The notes beneath the pieces are model-generated. The model saw nothing but the letters and a program-made list of their open reading frames with translations, made no database searches and was not told where the DNA came from. A stretch of 64,000 nt of DNA from an uncultured Eubacteriales bacterium (GTDB lineage Bacteria; Bacillota; Clostridia; Christensenellales; CAG-138): NCBI GenBank assembly GCA_902761365.1, contig CACWJZ010000012.1, positions 2,078-66,077 on the forward strand, read 5' to 3'. The position numbers and the translations under genes are program-made. Of the stretch, positions 55,932 through 64,000 are shown one piece after another (within the stretch, counting starts at the first letter, position 1; each line of letters starts with the position of its first letter).

Positions 55932-57011
55932 TTATTCCAACGTATCCTCTCGATAGTTCAACAAAAATCGGGCGCTTTTCTTCTCGTAGAGCCGGGCGGC
56001 CAAATCGTCCGCGATGGGGATGAGGATCCGCTCGTGCTCGCACTGGACGGGAGCCACGGTGTGCATGTCCCCGGTGAGGCTGAAATTGAGGCAGGCGCAA
56101 TGGTGCCGGCAGCGGCCCTCGATGGCGCAGCCCACGCAGTCCGGCTCCGGGACCAGGGAGGCAGTATAGACAGCCCTCTGTTTCGCCCTGTCCACGCCCG
56201 TGGACACATGGCCCATGCGGTAGTCCTCAAGATGCAAAAACTGGTTGCAGGGATAGATGCTCCCGTCCTCCGCCACAGAGGGCTGGCGCATGCCCAGCAT
56301 GCACTCCAAGCAGGGCTTGTCGTTGAGGTATGCGGAGATCTTCACTAGGAAGGGCAGAAACAGCAGGGGCTGCCTGTCGTCGAACCGGGCCTCCATCAGG
56401 TCCGCCACAACCTCGTACTGTGCTTTTAGCACTGCCAGGGAATCATCGCCCCAGCCCGCGTTGGGCCGATAGTCGATGACGGAGTTGATGCGGGTGAACC
56501 CCCTGTCATAGAGCCATTTTACGGACTCGGCCATGCCGCCCACGGTGGCCGTGGTCACGGTCTGCAAGGCCACGGCATTGGGCTGATAGCGAAGGAGCAG
56601 GTCCACGATAGGCTCCAGCTTCGCCCGGGTGGGCCGCCCGTCCCGGGTGAGCCGCTGTTCGTCCTGCAAAAGGCCGTCGTGGCTCAAAGCGATCTCTAAA
56701 TCGTGGTCGTTGGCGAACTTTAGGAAATCCTCGTCCAGGAGGGTGCCGTTGGTGGTCATCTTGAACCGGACGCCCACGCCCCGCTTGTCCGCTTCGGCCT
56801 TGGCATAGCGGCAGATCCTTTCCGCCAGGTCCCGCTCCAAAAGGGGCTCGCCGCCGAAGAGGGAGAAGCCGTTGGTTTTGTGCCCATAGGAAAAGACCAG
56901 GTCCATCGCCTTTTTGGCCGTGTCCCAGGTCATATGATCCCTGCAATGGGTCTCGTAGCAATAGCGACAGCGGAGGTTGCAGTCCGCCGTGAGGTGAAGG
57001 GTCAGGTTCAT
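55932..57011 (-). CDS. Radical SAM/SPASM domain protein (anSME-like fold, probable peptide/protein maturase)
   Basis: CNLRCRYC at aa 11-18, FGGEPLL, TTNGTLL and SHDG; SPASM region CLECMLG...DGSIYPC and CVGC....RCRHHCAC...C. Confidence 0.93.
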   Translation of the reverse strand: MNLTLHLTADCNLRCRYCYETHCRDHMTWDTAKKAMDLVFSYGHKTNGFSLFGGEPLLERDLAERICRYAKAEADKRGVGVRFKMTTNGTLLDEDFLKFANDHDLEIALSHDGLLQDEQRLTRDGRPTRAKLEPIVDLLLRYQPNAVALQTVTTATVGGMAESVKWLYDRGFTRINSVIDYRPNAGWGDDSLAVLKAQYEVVADLMEARFDDRQPLLFLPFLVKISAYLNDKPCLECMLGMRQPSVAEDGSIYPCNQFLHLEDYRMGHVSTGVDRAKQRAVYTASLVPEPDCVGCAIEGRCRHHCACLNFSLTGDMHTVAPVQCEHERILIPIADDLAARLYEKKSARFLLNYREDTLE

Positions 57012-57015
57012 GGGC

Positions 57016-57342
57016 TCAGGCTTCGGGGGTGGCGGTGGGCATAAGCAGCACGCCGGTGGTCCTCAGCGGCACCGCCGGGGTGGGGTCCGGGATGGCCACG
57101 TCCCCGTCCAGGACCAGCTCCTCCGTGGGCTCGGGGATGGCCACCTCCCCGTCCGTGACCAGCACCTCCTCAGGCGGCTCCGTCACCGCAACCATGCCCT
57201 CGGTCTGGAGCTCCGGCAGCTTCGGCTGCCGACAGCCCGTGACGCCGCCTACGGCCACCAGGGCCGCCGCGGTCAGGGCCGCGCCCCGCAGGACTTTCTT
57301 CGGATAGGTGGGCCGATAGCCGGTCAGCTGTTGCAGTTTCAT
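57016..57342 (-). CDS. Small repeat-containing lipoprotein, putative substrate of the adjacent radical SAM enzyme
   Basis: AAGGAGG RBS, 108 aa: MKLQQLTGYRPTYPKK, hydrophobic helix, VTGC lipobox, then four G-centred repeats; the stop is 4 nt before the rSAM ATG. Confidence 0.8.
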   Translation of the reverse strand: MKLQQLTGYRPTYPKKVLRGAALTAAALVAVGGVTGCRQPKLPELQTEGMVAVTEPPEEVLVTDGEVAIPEPTEELVLDGDVAIPDPTPAVPLRTTGVLLMPTATPEA

Positions 57343-57414
57343 ATGCGCCTCCTTGGGTCCTTTTGCCCATAACACCTGGAAACGCGGGGTAAAGTTGCAA
57401 CTCAATAGCAGGAT

Positions 57415-57550
57415 GCCGGTTTTTTCTTTTCAGGGGGAAAAAGCGACGCATACAGAAAAGCAAAATGGGATAAAATGAAAGGTTGGCGATCATCTTATCC
57501 CATATAGAAGTTCTTTAAAAACGCCCCCTTCCGCACAAGAAAGGGGGCAC
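57415..57550 (+). repeat. Dispersed three-hairpin repeat, copy F
   Basis: AAATGGGATAAAATGAAAGGTTGGCGATCATCTTATCCCATATAGAAGTTCTTT nearly identical to copy E; third hairpin GCCCCCTT...AAGGGGGC. Confidence 0.8.
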
Positions 57551-57573
57551 CTGTATCCTTCTTACACTGCCGT

Positions 57574-58686
57574 TTACCGCTGGGTGGCGCTGCCGCGGCC
57601 CAGCTTCTTGCCGCTCTTCTTGTCGAAGAGGATCAGGCCCTGGCCGTGGAATTCGAAGCGCATGGGGCTGTTGGCCTTGTAGTCCACGCTGCCGAACTCC
57701 ACGCTGGTGACCAGCTGGTCGCCCATGGTCATCTGGACCGTGGTCTCCATGCCGGCGGGCAGGGCCGCGTAGACCTTGCCCTCCATGCCGCCGCTGCCCA
57801 GGCGAATGAACTCGGGCCGGACGCCCAGGACCACGTCCTCGCCCTCGGGCTTGCCCAGAGGCGCGTCGCTCTCGAAGAGGAAGCTGCGGCCCAGGACAGT
57901 CACCTCGGCATGGGTCTCATCCAGGACCCTCGCCGTGCCGGGCAGGAAGTTCATGGTCGGGTTGCCCACGAAGTCGGCCACGAACAGGTTGGCCGGGTTG
58001 TTGTAGACCTCCAGAGGCGGATCGTACTGCTGCAGCACGCCGTCCTTCATAAGGCAGATGCGGGTGGCCAGGGTCATGGCCTCCAACTGGTCGTGGGTCA
58101 CGTAGACGAAGGTAGAGTCCGTCTCCGCGTGGAGGCGCTTGAGCTCCGTCCGCATCTCCAGACGAAGCTTGGCGTCCAGGTTGGACAAGGGCTCGTCCAT
58201 GAACAGCACCTTGGGCTCCGGCGCCAGGGTCCGGGCGATGGCCACACGCTGCTGCTGACCGCCGGAGAGCTCGCTGGGATAGCGCTTCTCGAACTGCTCG
58301 ATCTTCAGCATGGCCAGCATCTCGCTCACCCGCTGGCGGATCCTGTCCTTGGGCCACTTCAGGTTCTCCAGGCCGAAGGAGATGTTCTGATACACCGTCA
58401 TGTGGGGCCAGAGAGCGTAGTTCTGGAAGAGGAACCCGATGTCGCGCTTGGCGGGAGAGATGTTGATGTTCTTCTCGGAGTCGAACACCACCGTGTCGCC
58501 GATGGTGATGCGGCCCTCCGTGGGGGTCTCGAGCCCCGCGATCTGGCGCAGAGTCGTGGTCTTGCCGCAGCCGGAGGGGCCCAGCAGGGTGATGAATTCG
58601 CGGTCCTCGATGACCATGTTTAGATCGTCCACCGCGACGAACTTGTCAAAACGTTTCGTGACGTGTTCCAATATGATTTTCGGCAT
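57574..58686 (-). CDS. ABC transporter ATP-binding protein (FbpC/MalK-like)
   Basis: GPSGCGKTT, FQNYALWPHMTV, LSGGQQQR, MDEPLSNLDAKLR and VTHDQ motifs. Confidence 0.93.
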   Translation of the reverse strand: MPKIILEHVTKRFDKFVAVDDLNMVIEDREFITLLGPSGCGKTTTLRQIAGLETPTEGRITIGDTVVFDSEKNINISPAKRDIGFLFQNYALWPHMTVYQNISFGLENLKWPKDRIRQRVSEMLAMLKIEQFEKRYPSELSGGQQQRVAIARTLAPEPKVLFMDEPLSNLDAKLRLEMRTELKRLHAETDSTFVYVTHDQLEAMTLATRICLMKDGVLQQYDPPLEVYNNPANLFVADFVGNPTMNFLPGTARVLDETHAEVTVLGRSFLFESDAPLGKPEGEDVVLGVRPEFIRLGSGGMEGKVYAALPAGMETTVQMTMGDQLVTSVEFGSVDYKANSPMRFEFHGQGLILFDKKSGKKLGRGSATQR

Positions 58687-58691
58687 TTTCC

Positions 58692-60524
58692 TTAACCTCC
58701 TACACCTTTGTCGATGCTTGCGCCGGTGAGCTTGTTGACGGCGAACTGGATGACCAGCACAAAGATGATGATCAGCAGGTTGATCGCGTTGCTCGCCTGA
58801 TTGAGACCGGTGCGGCTGTATTCCTGCAGGACCGTGGTGACCAGCGTGGTGTAGCTGGCGGCCAGCAGGACGAATAGGCTCATCTCACGCATGCAGGAGA
58901 TGAACGGGAGCAGATAACCGCTTATGAAGCTGGACTTCTGGATGGGGAACAGGACCCGCGTCATGCGCTTCCACCAGGGCACGCCGATGACGATGGCGGC
59001 CTCCTCGATCTCCCCGGAGAGCTGCAGCATGGCGCTGGTGCCCGTGCGGGAAGCAAAGGGCATGAACTTGATGGAGCCCACCAGTAGCAACAGGATGAAC
59101 GAGCCGTCCAGCCACGTGAAGCCCTTGGTATACGACAGTGCCAGATACACGGCGCCGAAGCTCATGGACGGGATGAGGTACGGCAAAAACGCCAGGTCGG
59201 AGACCAGCGTGGCGGCCTTGCTGCCCCGCTTGCGGGCCACAGCGTAGCCGATGAGGATGCCGAAGCTGCCCGCCACCAGCGATACCAGGACGCTCAGCAG
59301 CAAGCTTCGGCCCATGGCCTTCCACATGGTGGGACTCATCAAAATGCCGATGGTGTCGCCCTTGTTGCTGCCCTCAAAGACCTCCCGGGAGAGCCAGTAG
59401 CGCAGGGTGAAGCTGGACCAGTCGCCGGGGACCTCCAGCAGACTCTCCATGGCGAAGGAGGCCAGGGGCATGATGGCGAAGAAGGCCACGATGATGACCA
59501 GGATCACCGCGATGACCTTCCGGGCCTTCCCCAGCTTGACCAGGGACACCTGGCCGGATTTGCCGGTGACGGTAGTGAAGCTCTTGCGCTTGCCGGTGAA
59601 CCAGTTGTTCAGCGTCAGGATCCCGATGGAGAACATCATCAGCACGATGGCGACCACGTAGCCCTGTCCCTTGGTGAAGCCCGTGTTGATCAGGTTCCGC
59701 ATCTGGACGGAGATGGACACGAAGTTGTTGCCGGAGTTGATGGAGCTCTTGTTGAGGAAGAAGGGGACGGTGAAGGAGCTGATGGAGCTGGAGAAGACCA
59801 GCAGCACCGTGCTCACCAGGGCGGGCAGGACGATGGGCAGCGTGACCTTGTAGAGGATCTTGAAACGGCTGGCCTTGAGGACCGTGGCCGCCTCCTCCAG
59901 ATTGGCGTCCATGTTCCGGAGGATGCCGCCGATGAGGATGTAGGCAAAGGGCGCGTAGTGGAGCCCCAAGCTCATGGCGCAGGGCACCAGGCCGTAGACC
60001 ATGGACTCCGGCACGCAGATGCCGGTGACGGACTGCAGAATGCCCATGCCCGCGTTGATCTCAGTGTTCTTGAAGAAGTTTTCCCAGAACATGGCCATGG
60101 ACCAGCTGGGCATGATGTAGGGGAAGACGAAGACGGTGGAGATGAATTTTTTCGCCGGCAGGTCGGAACGGGTGATGAACCAGGCCACCACGCCGCCGAA
60201 CAGAACGGCGACGACGCAGGCCAGGGCGGCCATCAGCGCCGAGCCGCCCAGGGGCGCCCAGAACTTGGTGCTGGCGTAGTTGTATTCCTTGCTGGTCAGA
60301 AGCTCGATCCAGTGATGGAACGTCCAGGAACCATCCTCCACGCCGTCCTGATCGATCCAGATGGCCTCCTGATTGCCGTTGACCTTGAACGAGCCGATGA
60401 GCAGGGTGCTCAGCGGCAGGACGACGGTCAGCAGCAGCACGATCAGGAAGATCACGGTGATCACGTTGGCCGGCTTGGAGAAATAGGCCCTGAGGCTGTT
60501 GCCCAGCGTTTTTTTATTGCGCAT
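58692..60524 (-). CDS. Fused two-domain ABC permease (FbpB/AfuB-like)
   Basis: Two EAA loops (LEEAATVLKAS, IEEAAIVIGVP), FTTVTGK linker, about 12 TMs. Confidence 0.9.
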   Translation of the reverse strand: MRNKKTLGNSLRAYFSKPANVITVIFLIVLLLTVVLPLSTLLIGSFKVNGNQEAIWIDQDGVEDGSWTFHHWIELLTSKEYNYASTKFWAPLGGSALMAALACVVAVLFGGVVAWFITRSDLPAKKFISTVFVFPYIMPSWSMAMFWENFFKNTEINAGMGILQSVTGICVPESMVYGLVPCAMSLGLHYAPFAYILIGGILRNMDANLEEAATVLKASRFKILYKVTLPIVLPALVSTVLLVFSSSISSFTVPFFLNKSSINSGNNFVSISVQMRNLINTGFTKGQGYVVAIVLMMFSIGILTLNNWFTGKRKSFTTVTGKSGQVSLVKLGKARKVIAVILVIIVAFFAIMPLASFAMESLLEVPGDWSSFTLRYWLSREVFEGSNKGDTIGILMSPTMWKAMGRSLLLSVLVSLVAGSFGILIGYAVARKRGSKAATLVSDLAFLPYLIPSMSFGAVYLALSYTKGFTWLDGSFILLLLVGSIKFMPFASRTGTSAMLQLSGEIEEAAIVIGVPWWKRMTRVLFPIQKSSFISGYLLPFISCMREMSLFVLLAASYTTLVTTVLQEYSRTGLNQASNAINLLIIIFVLVIQFAVNKLTGASIDKGVGG

Positions 60525-60569
60525 AAGCGGGCCTCCTTCTTACGAAAGCGTTCTGATTTTCAAATGGGA

Positions 60570-60595
60570 CAGGGGAGGGCCGCAGCCCTCCCCTG
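60570..60595 (-). terminator. Intercistronic hairpin after the substrate-binding protein gene
   Basis: CAGGGGAGGGC-CGCA-GCCCTCCCCTG perfect stem. Confidence 0.55.
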
Positions 60596-60630
60596 CAGTG
60601 CAGTTGGTGCTTTATTCGTGGCGAGGGAGC

Positions 60631-61893
60631 TTATTTGCCCGCCATCTGCATGTTGATGAACTTGACCGCAGAGCGATAGGCGGTGTCGAGGTAGTCCACG
60701 TCCTCCACGATGCACTGCTCTTTCCACACGGCCAGCGCCGGGTCGCCTTCCACGGAGGCGATGTTCTGGTTGCTGCTGTAGTAGCCCAGGATGCCGCCCC
60801 AGCCGGCGTTGAAGCCTTCCTCAGAGAGGAGGTAGTGGATGAACAGGCAGGAGGTGTAGGGCAGCTGCGCGGTCTCGGGGATCAGCATCCACATGTTGTA
60901 GACGAAGCCGTCGAAGCCCTCCACGTCGTTGTTCCAGCCAGCGGCGGTGACGGTCTTCTTGTAGTACTGATCGGTGTCCTTGTAGTCCTCCTTGTAGTAC
61001 TCGTAATCCTTCAGCTTGCAGAGGCCGGCGAAGATGATGCGGCCGTCGTCGGCGTAGTTGTTGATGGCCTTGACTTCCTTGGAGTCGGAGGAATGCCAGT
61101 AGCCCACGTTCTTGATGAACTCGGCCACGAACTTGTAGCCGATGTTGTTGTAGCTCACCTCATCCTCAGCGGGGTTGTAGTCCTTGCCGAAGTAGCTCTT
61201 GTAGGCCGCGGTCAGCTTCTCGCAGGCGGGGTCGCTGGTGAGCATGATGAGGAAGTTCATGTTGATGTCCTCACCCAGGGGGCTCTGGTAGGAGACGTTG
61301 TGCAGGCCCTTGAGGGCGACGCCGTCCACACCGGTCATCTGCCAGACGTTCTTGAGCTGGTCAGCGCCGACCTTGGTGTTGTCATACATGAAGATCTTGT
61401 TGAAGGTGACGCCCACTAGGGGGTTCTGATCGGACTCGGCGATGTTGTACTCATCGCCCTGGGGCACGTAGCTGAGCAGGAAGCCGGTGTCCAGCATGGC
61501 GTTCTTCAGGAAGGACGCATCCTGGATCATGACGAAGTCGGCGATATACTTGCCAGCCTTCTGAGCGGCGACCAGCTTAGGCTGATACTCGCTGCCCTTC
61601 TTGCTGTTGTAGGCCACGCGGCCGGCGGCGAAGGGATACTTCTCTTCAAACTTGGCCAGGGCCTTCTTGACGCCGGAGGTCAGGGAGTCGGCATTGAAGG
61701 TCAGGGTGGGGTTGTCCGCCAGCTCCTTCTGGGCGGCGGCTTCCAGCTCCGCGGCGGTCATGCCCTCGGCAGCCTTGATGGCCTCGGCCACGGTGCTGCC
61801 TTCGGCTTTGGCCGTGCCGGTGCCGATGACCAGGATGGACAGCACCATGGTGAGGGCCAACATCAGAGAGAGGATACGTTTCATGCTTTTCAT
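60631..61893 (-). CDS. ABC transporter extracellular solute-binding protein
   Basis: Signal peptide (AKA-E cleavage), LEAAAQKE, LLSYVP and LFIHYLLSEEG; immediately upstream of the permease. Confidence 0.8.
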   Translation of the reverse strand: MKSMKRILSLMLALTMVLSILVIGTGTAKAEGSTVAEAIKAAEGMTAAELEAAAQKELADNPTLTFNADSLTSGVKKALAKFEEKYPFAAGRVAYNSKKGSEYQPKLVAAQKAGKYIADFVMIQDASFLKNAMLDTGFLLSYVPQGDEYNIAESDQNPLVGVTFNKIFMYDNTKVGADQLKNVWQMTGVDGVALKGLHNVSYQSPLGEDINMNFLIMLTSDPACEKLTAAYKSYFGKDYNPAEDEVSYNNIGYKFVAEFIKNVGYWHSSDSKEVKAINNYADDGRIIFAGLCKLKDYEYYKEDYKDTDQYYKKTVTAAGWNNDVEGFDGFVYNMWMLIPETAQLPYTSCLFIHYLLSEEGFNAGWGGILGYYSSNQNIASVEGDPALAVWKEQCIVEDVDYLDTAYRSAVKFINMQMAGK

Positions 61894-61947
61894 TCTCCTT
61901 TTCTTATTTAGGTTATCTTATCGGCAAATTGACCGCAGGGAAAGGCT

Positions 61948-62883
61948 TTAGGCCTTGCCCGCGCTGCCGAAGACCTCAGTGATGCGCTTGGCCACCATCT
62001 CCTCCACCGCCGTGCGCGCCGGCCCCAGGAAGGTGCGGCCGTCGAACTTGGTGGGGTTCAGGGCCATCTGCCGGCGGATCTCGCCAAAGAAGCACACCCG
62101 GATGTCCGTGCCCACGTTGATCTTGCACACGCCCATGGTGGACGCCTGGCGCAGCATGTCCGTGGGGATGCCGATGGCCTCGGGCATCTGGCCGCCATAG
62201 GTGTTGAAGATCTCCAGCCGGTCGTGGGGGACGGAGGAAGCGCCGTGGAGCACCAGGGGGAAGCCGGGCAGCTTCTCCCGGACCTCCTCCAGGATGTCGA
62301 ACCGAAGCTGGGGCTTCTGGCCGGGCTTGAACTTGTAGGCGCCGTGGGCGGTGCCGATGGCGATGGCCAGGGAGTCGATGCCGGTGCGCTCCACGAACTC
62401 CACCGCGTCGTCCGGGTGGGTGAACTGGCCGTACTTGTCCGCCACCACCACGTCGTCCTCGATGCCCGCGATGGCGCCGAGCTCGCTCTCCACCACCACG
62501 CCCCGGGCGTGGGCGTATTCCACGACCTCCTTGGTCATAGCGATATTGGTCTCAAAATCATAGGACGAGGCGTCGATCATCACGGAGGTGAAGCCGTTGT
62601 CCACGCACTTCTTGCACAGCTCGACGGTCTTGCCGTGATCGAGATGGATGGCAAAGGGGATGTCGAGCTCCTGGGCGGCAGCCTCTGCCGCGGCACGGAC
62701 GTAGGCCGGATGGATGAACTTCAGCGCGCCTTCGCTGAACGCGACCATAACGGGGGCCTGCACCTTCTGTGCGCCGGCCAGGACACCCTGCATGATGTCG
62801 ATGTTGTCCACGTTGAACGCACCGATGGCGTACTTTCCCTCATAAGCCTTCCGAAACATTTCCTTTGTCGTGACAAGCGCCAT
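61948..62883 (-). CDS. fba: Class II fructose-1,6-bisphosphate aldolase family protein
   Basis: YAIGAFN, IHLDHG, GFTSVMIDAS, VESELG, IGTAHGAYK, LVLHGASS and KINVGTD motifs. Confidence 0.88.
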   Translation of the reverse strand: MALVTTKEMFRKAYEGKYAIGAFNVDNIDIMQGVLAGAQKVQAPVMVAFSEGALKFIHPAYVRAAAEAAAQELDIPFAIHLDHGKTVELCKKCVDNGFTSVMIDASSYDFETNIAMTKEVVEYAHARGVVVESELGAIAGIEDDVVVADKYGQFTHPDDAVEFVERTGIDSLAIAIGTAHGAYKFKPGQKPQLRFDILEEVREKLPGFPLVLHGASSVPHDRLEIFNTYGGQMPEAIGIPTDMLRQASTMGVCKINVGTDIRVCFFGEIRRQMALNPTKFDGRTFLGPARTAVEEMVAKRITEVFGSAGKA

Positions 62884-62962
62884 ACCATACCCTCCTGTTC
62901 AATGATTTTGCCGATCCCGTCCGCGCCGACCGCGGCCGCATCGGCCATGGACCTTTGTCATA

Positions 62963-63048
62963 ATTTTATGCCGGGTATAATGGTCTGTCAAGGCATTTTT
63001 GCTCGCCCCGGCAATGGAATTGACAAATCCCCACCGCTCCGGTATCAT
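62963..63048. promoter_or_regulatory. Divergent sigma-A promoters (fba operon and kinase gene)
   Basis: Minus: TTGACA (62991-86), 17 nt, TAAAAT (62968-63). Plus: TTGACA (63020-25), 17 nt, TATCAT (63043-48). Confidence 0.75.
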
Positions 63049-63083
63049 GGTGAACAGACGAAAAAGGGAGGAGCGTACAGACG

Positions 63084-63680
63084 GTGGATCTCATCATTCT
63101 GTCCGGCCTGCCCGCCAGCGGGAAATCCACCGTGGCGCGCATGCTGCAGACCGCATTCCCCTATCCGATCCTGGAGAAGGATCGCATCAAGGAGTGCCTT
63201 TTCGACACCCTGGGGTTCCAGAGCCACGAGGAGAAGCGACGGCTGGACGCCGCCGCCGCCCGGATATTGCTGCAGACTGCGGAGGAGTTGTTGGCCGCCG
63301 GCGGCAGCGTCATTTTGGACAACAACTTCGACATCGCCGCGGGGGCGGCCCTGCGGGAACTGCAGGCGCGGCGGCGGCCCCGGAGCGTGACGCTGCTGCT
63401 CACCGCCGATGAAGCGGTGCTCTATGAGCGGTATCTCGCTCGGGATTTGGCGCACACGCGGCACCCCGGCCACGCCGTGTCGGACCGGTATCCGCCGCTG
63501 CCGGGGGACCCGGAGGTGGCGCCCATGGAACGGGAGGGCTTTGCCCGGCGGTATCTCGACCGCGGCATGGGCCAGGTCTCCTGGGACGGGCCCGTGCTCA
63601 CCGTGGACACCACAAACCTGGAGACCCTGGATCGGAACGCCCTGCTCGCCCAGGTCCGCGCCGCCTTGGAAGCCCAGTGA
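63084..63680 (+). CDS. P-loop kinase (AAA_33/nucleoside monophosphate kinase-like)
   Basis: IILSGLPASGKST, KDRIKE, VILDNNF and RHPGH; GTG start after GGAGG. Confidence 0.87.
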   Translation: MDLIILSGLPASGKSTVARMLQTAFPYPILEKDRIKECLFDTLGFQSHEEKRRLDAAAARILLQTAEELLAAGGSVILDNNFDIAAGAALRELQARRRPRSVTLLLTADEAVLYERYLARDLAHTRHPGHAVSDRYPPLPGDPEVAPMEREGFARRYLDRGMGQVSWDGPVLTVDTTNLETLDRNALLAQVRAALEAQ

Positions 63681-63690
63681 GGAGAAAATA

Positions 63691-63840
63691 GTGCTTTTCG
63701 TAGGAAAAGGTTCGTCAAAAAGAAAAGCCTGTCGATGAGAACAGGCTTTGCGGATATACGCTCATCTCCAATATCAGTTCTTCGGAGGGCCGGTTTTCCG
63801 TCAGGAAATCCGGCTCCTCTTCGCTTTCAAAGAAGGGGCG
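63691..63840 (+). repeat. Dispersed repeat, copy H (divergent, with the extra TCCGTCAGGAAA hairpin)
   Basis: CTTTTC...GAAAAG, AAAAAGAAAAGC, ATATCAGTTCTTCGG and GCCGGTTTTCCGTCAGGAAATCCGGC, the last shared with 14593-14626. Confidence 0.55.
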
Positions 63841-64000
63841 CCCTTTTGCCCTTCCCCTGCAATCCCGTATGATATGACCACCGCAATATGATCAGGCTCG
63901 TCACCATCATGGCGGCGATGAGAACATAGGCAGACTTGTACTCGCCCGTGTGGTCGGCGATGATGCCCGGCACGGCGGAGAAGAGGATGCCGCCCAGGTT
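63827..64000 (-). CDS. C-terminal end of an MFS transporter (truncated by the window edge)
   Basis: Reads NLGGILFSAVPGIIADHTGEYKSAYVLIAAMMVTSLIILRW...LL*; the G.IAD.TG.Y motif is typical of the MFS TM11-12 loop. Confidence 0.75.
   Translation of the reverse strand, partial: NLGGILFSAVPGIIADHTGEYKSAYVLIAAMMVTSLIILRWSYHTGLQGKGKRAPLL

Noticed and set aside
55932-57011. Anaerobic sulfatase maturase or SCIFF/ranthipeptide maturase
   Set aside because: No sulfatase in the window, no N-terminal RRE, and the adjacent peptide has no Cys besides the lipobox Cys. A trans-acting role cannot be fully excluded.
141-63473. Many long ORFs antisense to or overlapping the called genes (e.g. 5466-7556+, 18888-20921+, 28959-31202+, 39973-42954-)
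   Set aside because: Shadow ORFs expected from high GC3 codon bias; they lack motifs and RBSs and overlap well-supported genes.
9144-63840. Recurrent palindromic repeats as a CRISPR array
   Set aside because: The copies are dispersed kilobases apart rather than regularly interspaced, and no cas genes are present.

Overview
A 64-kb, high-GC (roughly 60-65% by eye) chromosomal window from a Clostridia-class Firmicute, judged from GGAGG Shine-Dalgarno sites, TTGACA/TATAAT promoters, a butyryl-CoA:acetate CoA-transferase gene and a YerC-type regulator. It holds about 55 CDSs, mostly housekeeping or accessory metabolism and transport: a nucleoside ABC operon with two hydrolases, amino-acid, NitT-type and AfuABC-like ABC systems, three MATE pumps, peptidases, esterases, uxaE, galM and fba. 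I saw no rRNA, tRNA, CRISPR array, transposase or phage genes. The most notable items are: (1) a radical SAM/SPASM enzyme translationally coupled to a 108-aa lipoprotein that has a YxPxYP N-terminal leader and four L-x-[TL]-x-G-x-[VL]-[AL]-x-[PT] repeats, a candidate post-translational modification system for a membrane-anchored substrate (55932-57342); (2) a Dlt-like aminoacylation operon with an adenylation enzyme whose pocket differs from the D-Ala type, a carrier protein, an MBOAT carrying a fused DltX-like FIYGQF tail, an SGNH protein with Cys in place of the catalytic Ser, a lipoprotein and an Ig-repeat transglutaminase-like protein (153-7496); (3) a dispersed, AT-rich intergenic element of about 140 nt with three hairpins and compensatory base changes, present in about 8 full or partial copies, mostly between convergent genes; (4) two frameshifted genes, the CoA-transferase (exact 16-bp tandem duplication) and a Cys/His-repeat surface protein (2 extra A). 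All family calls rest on motifs recognised by eye; no database searches were run.
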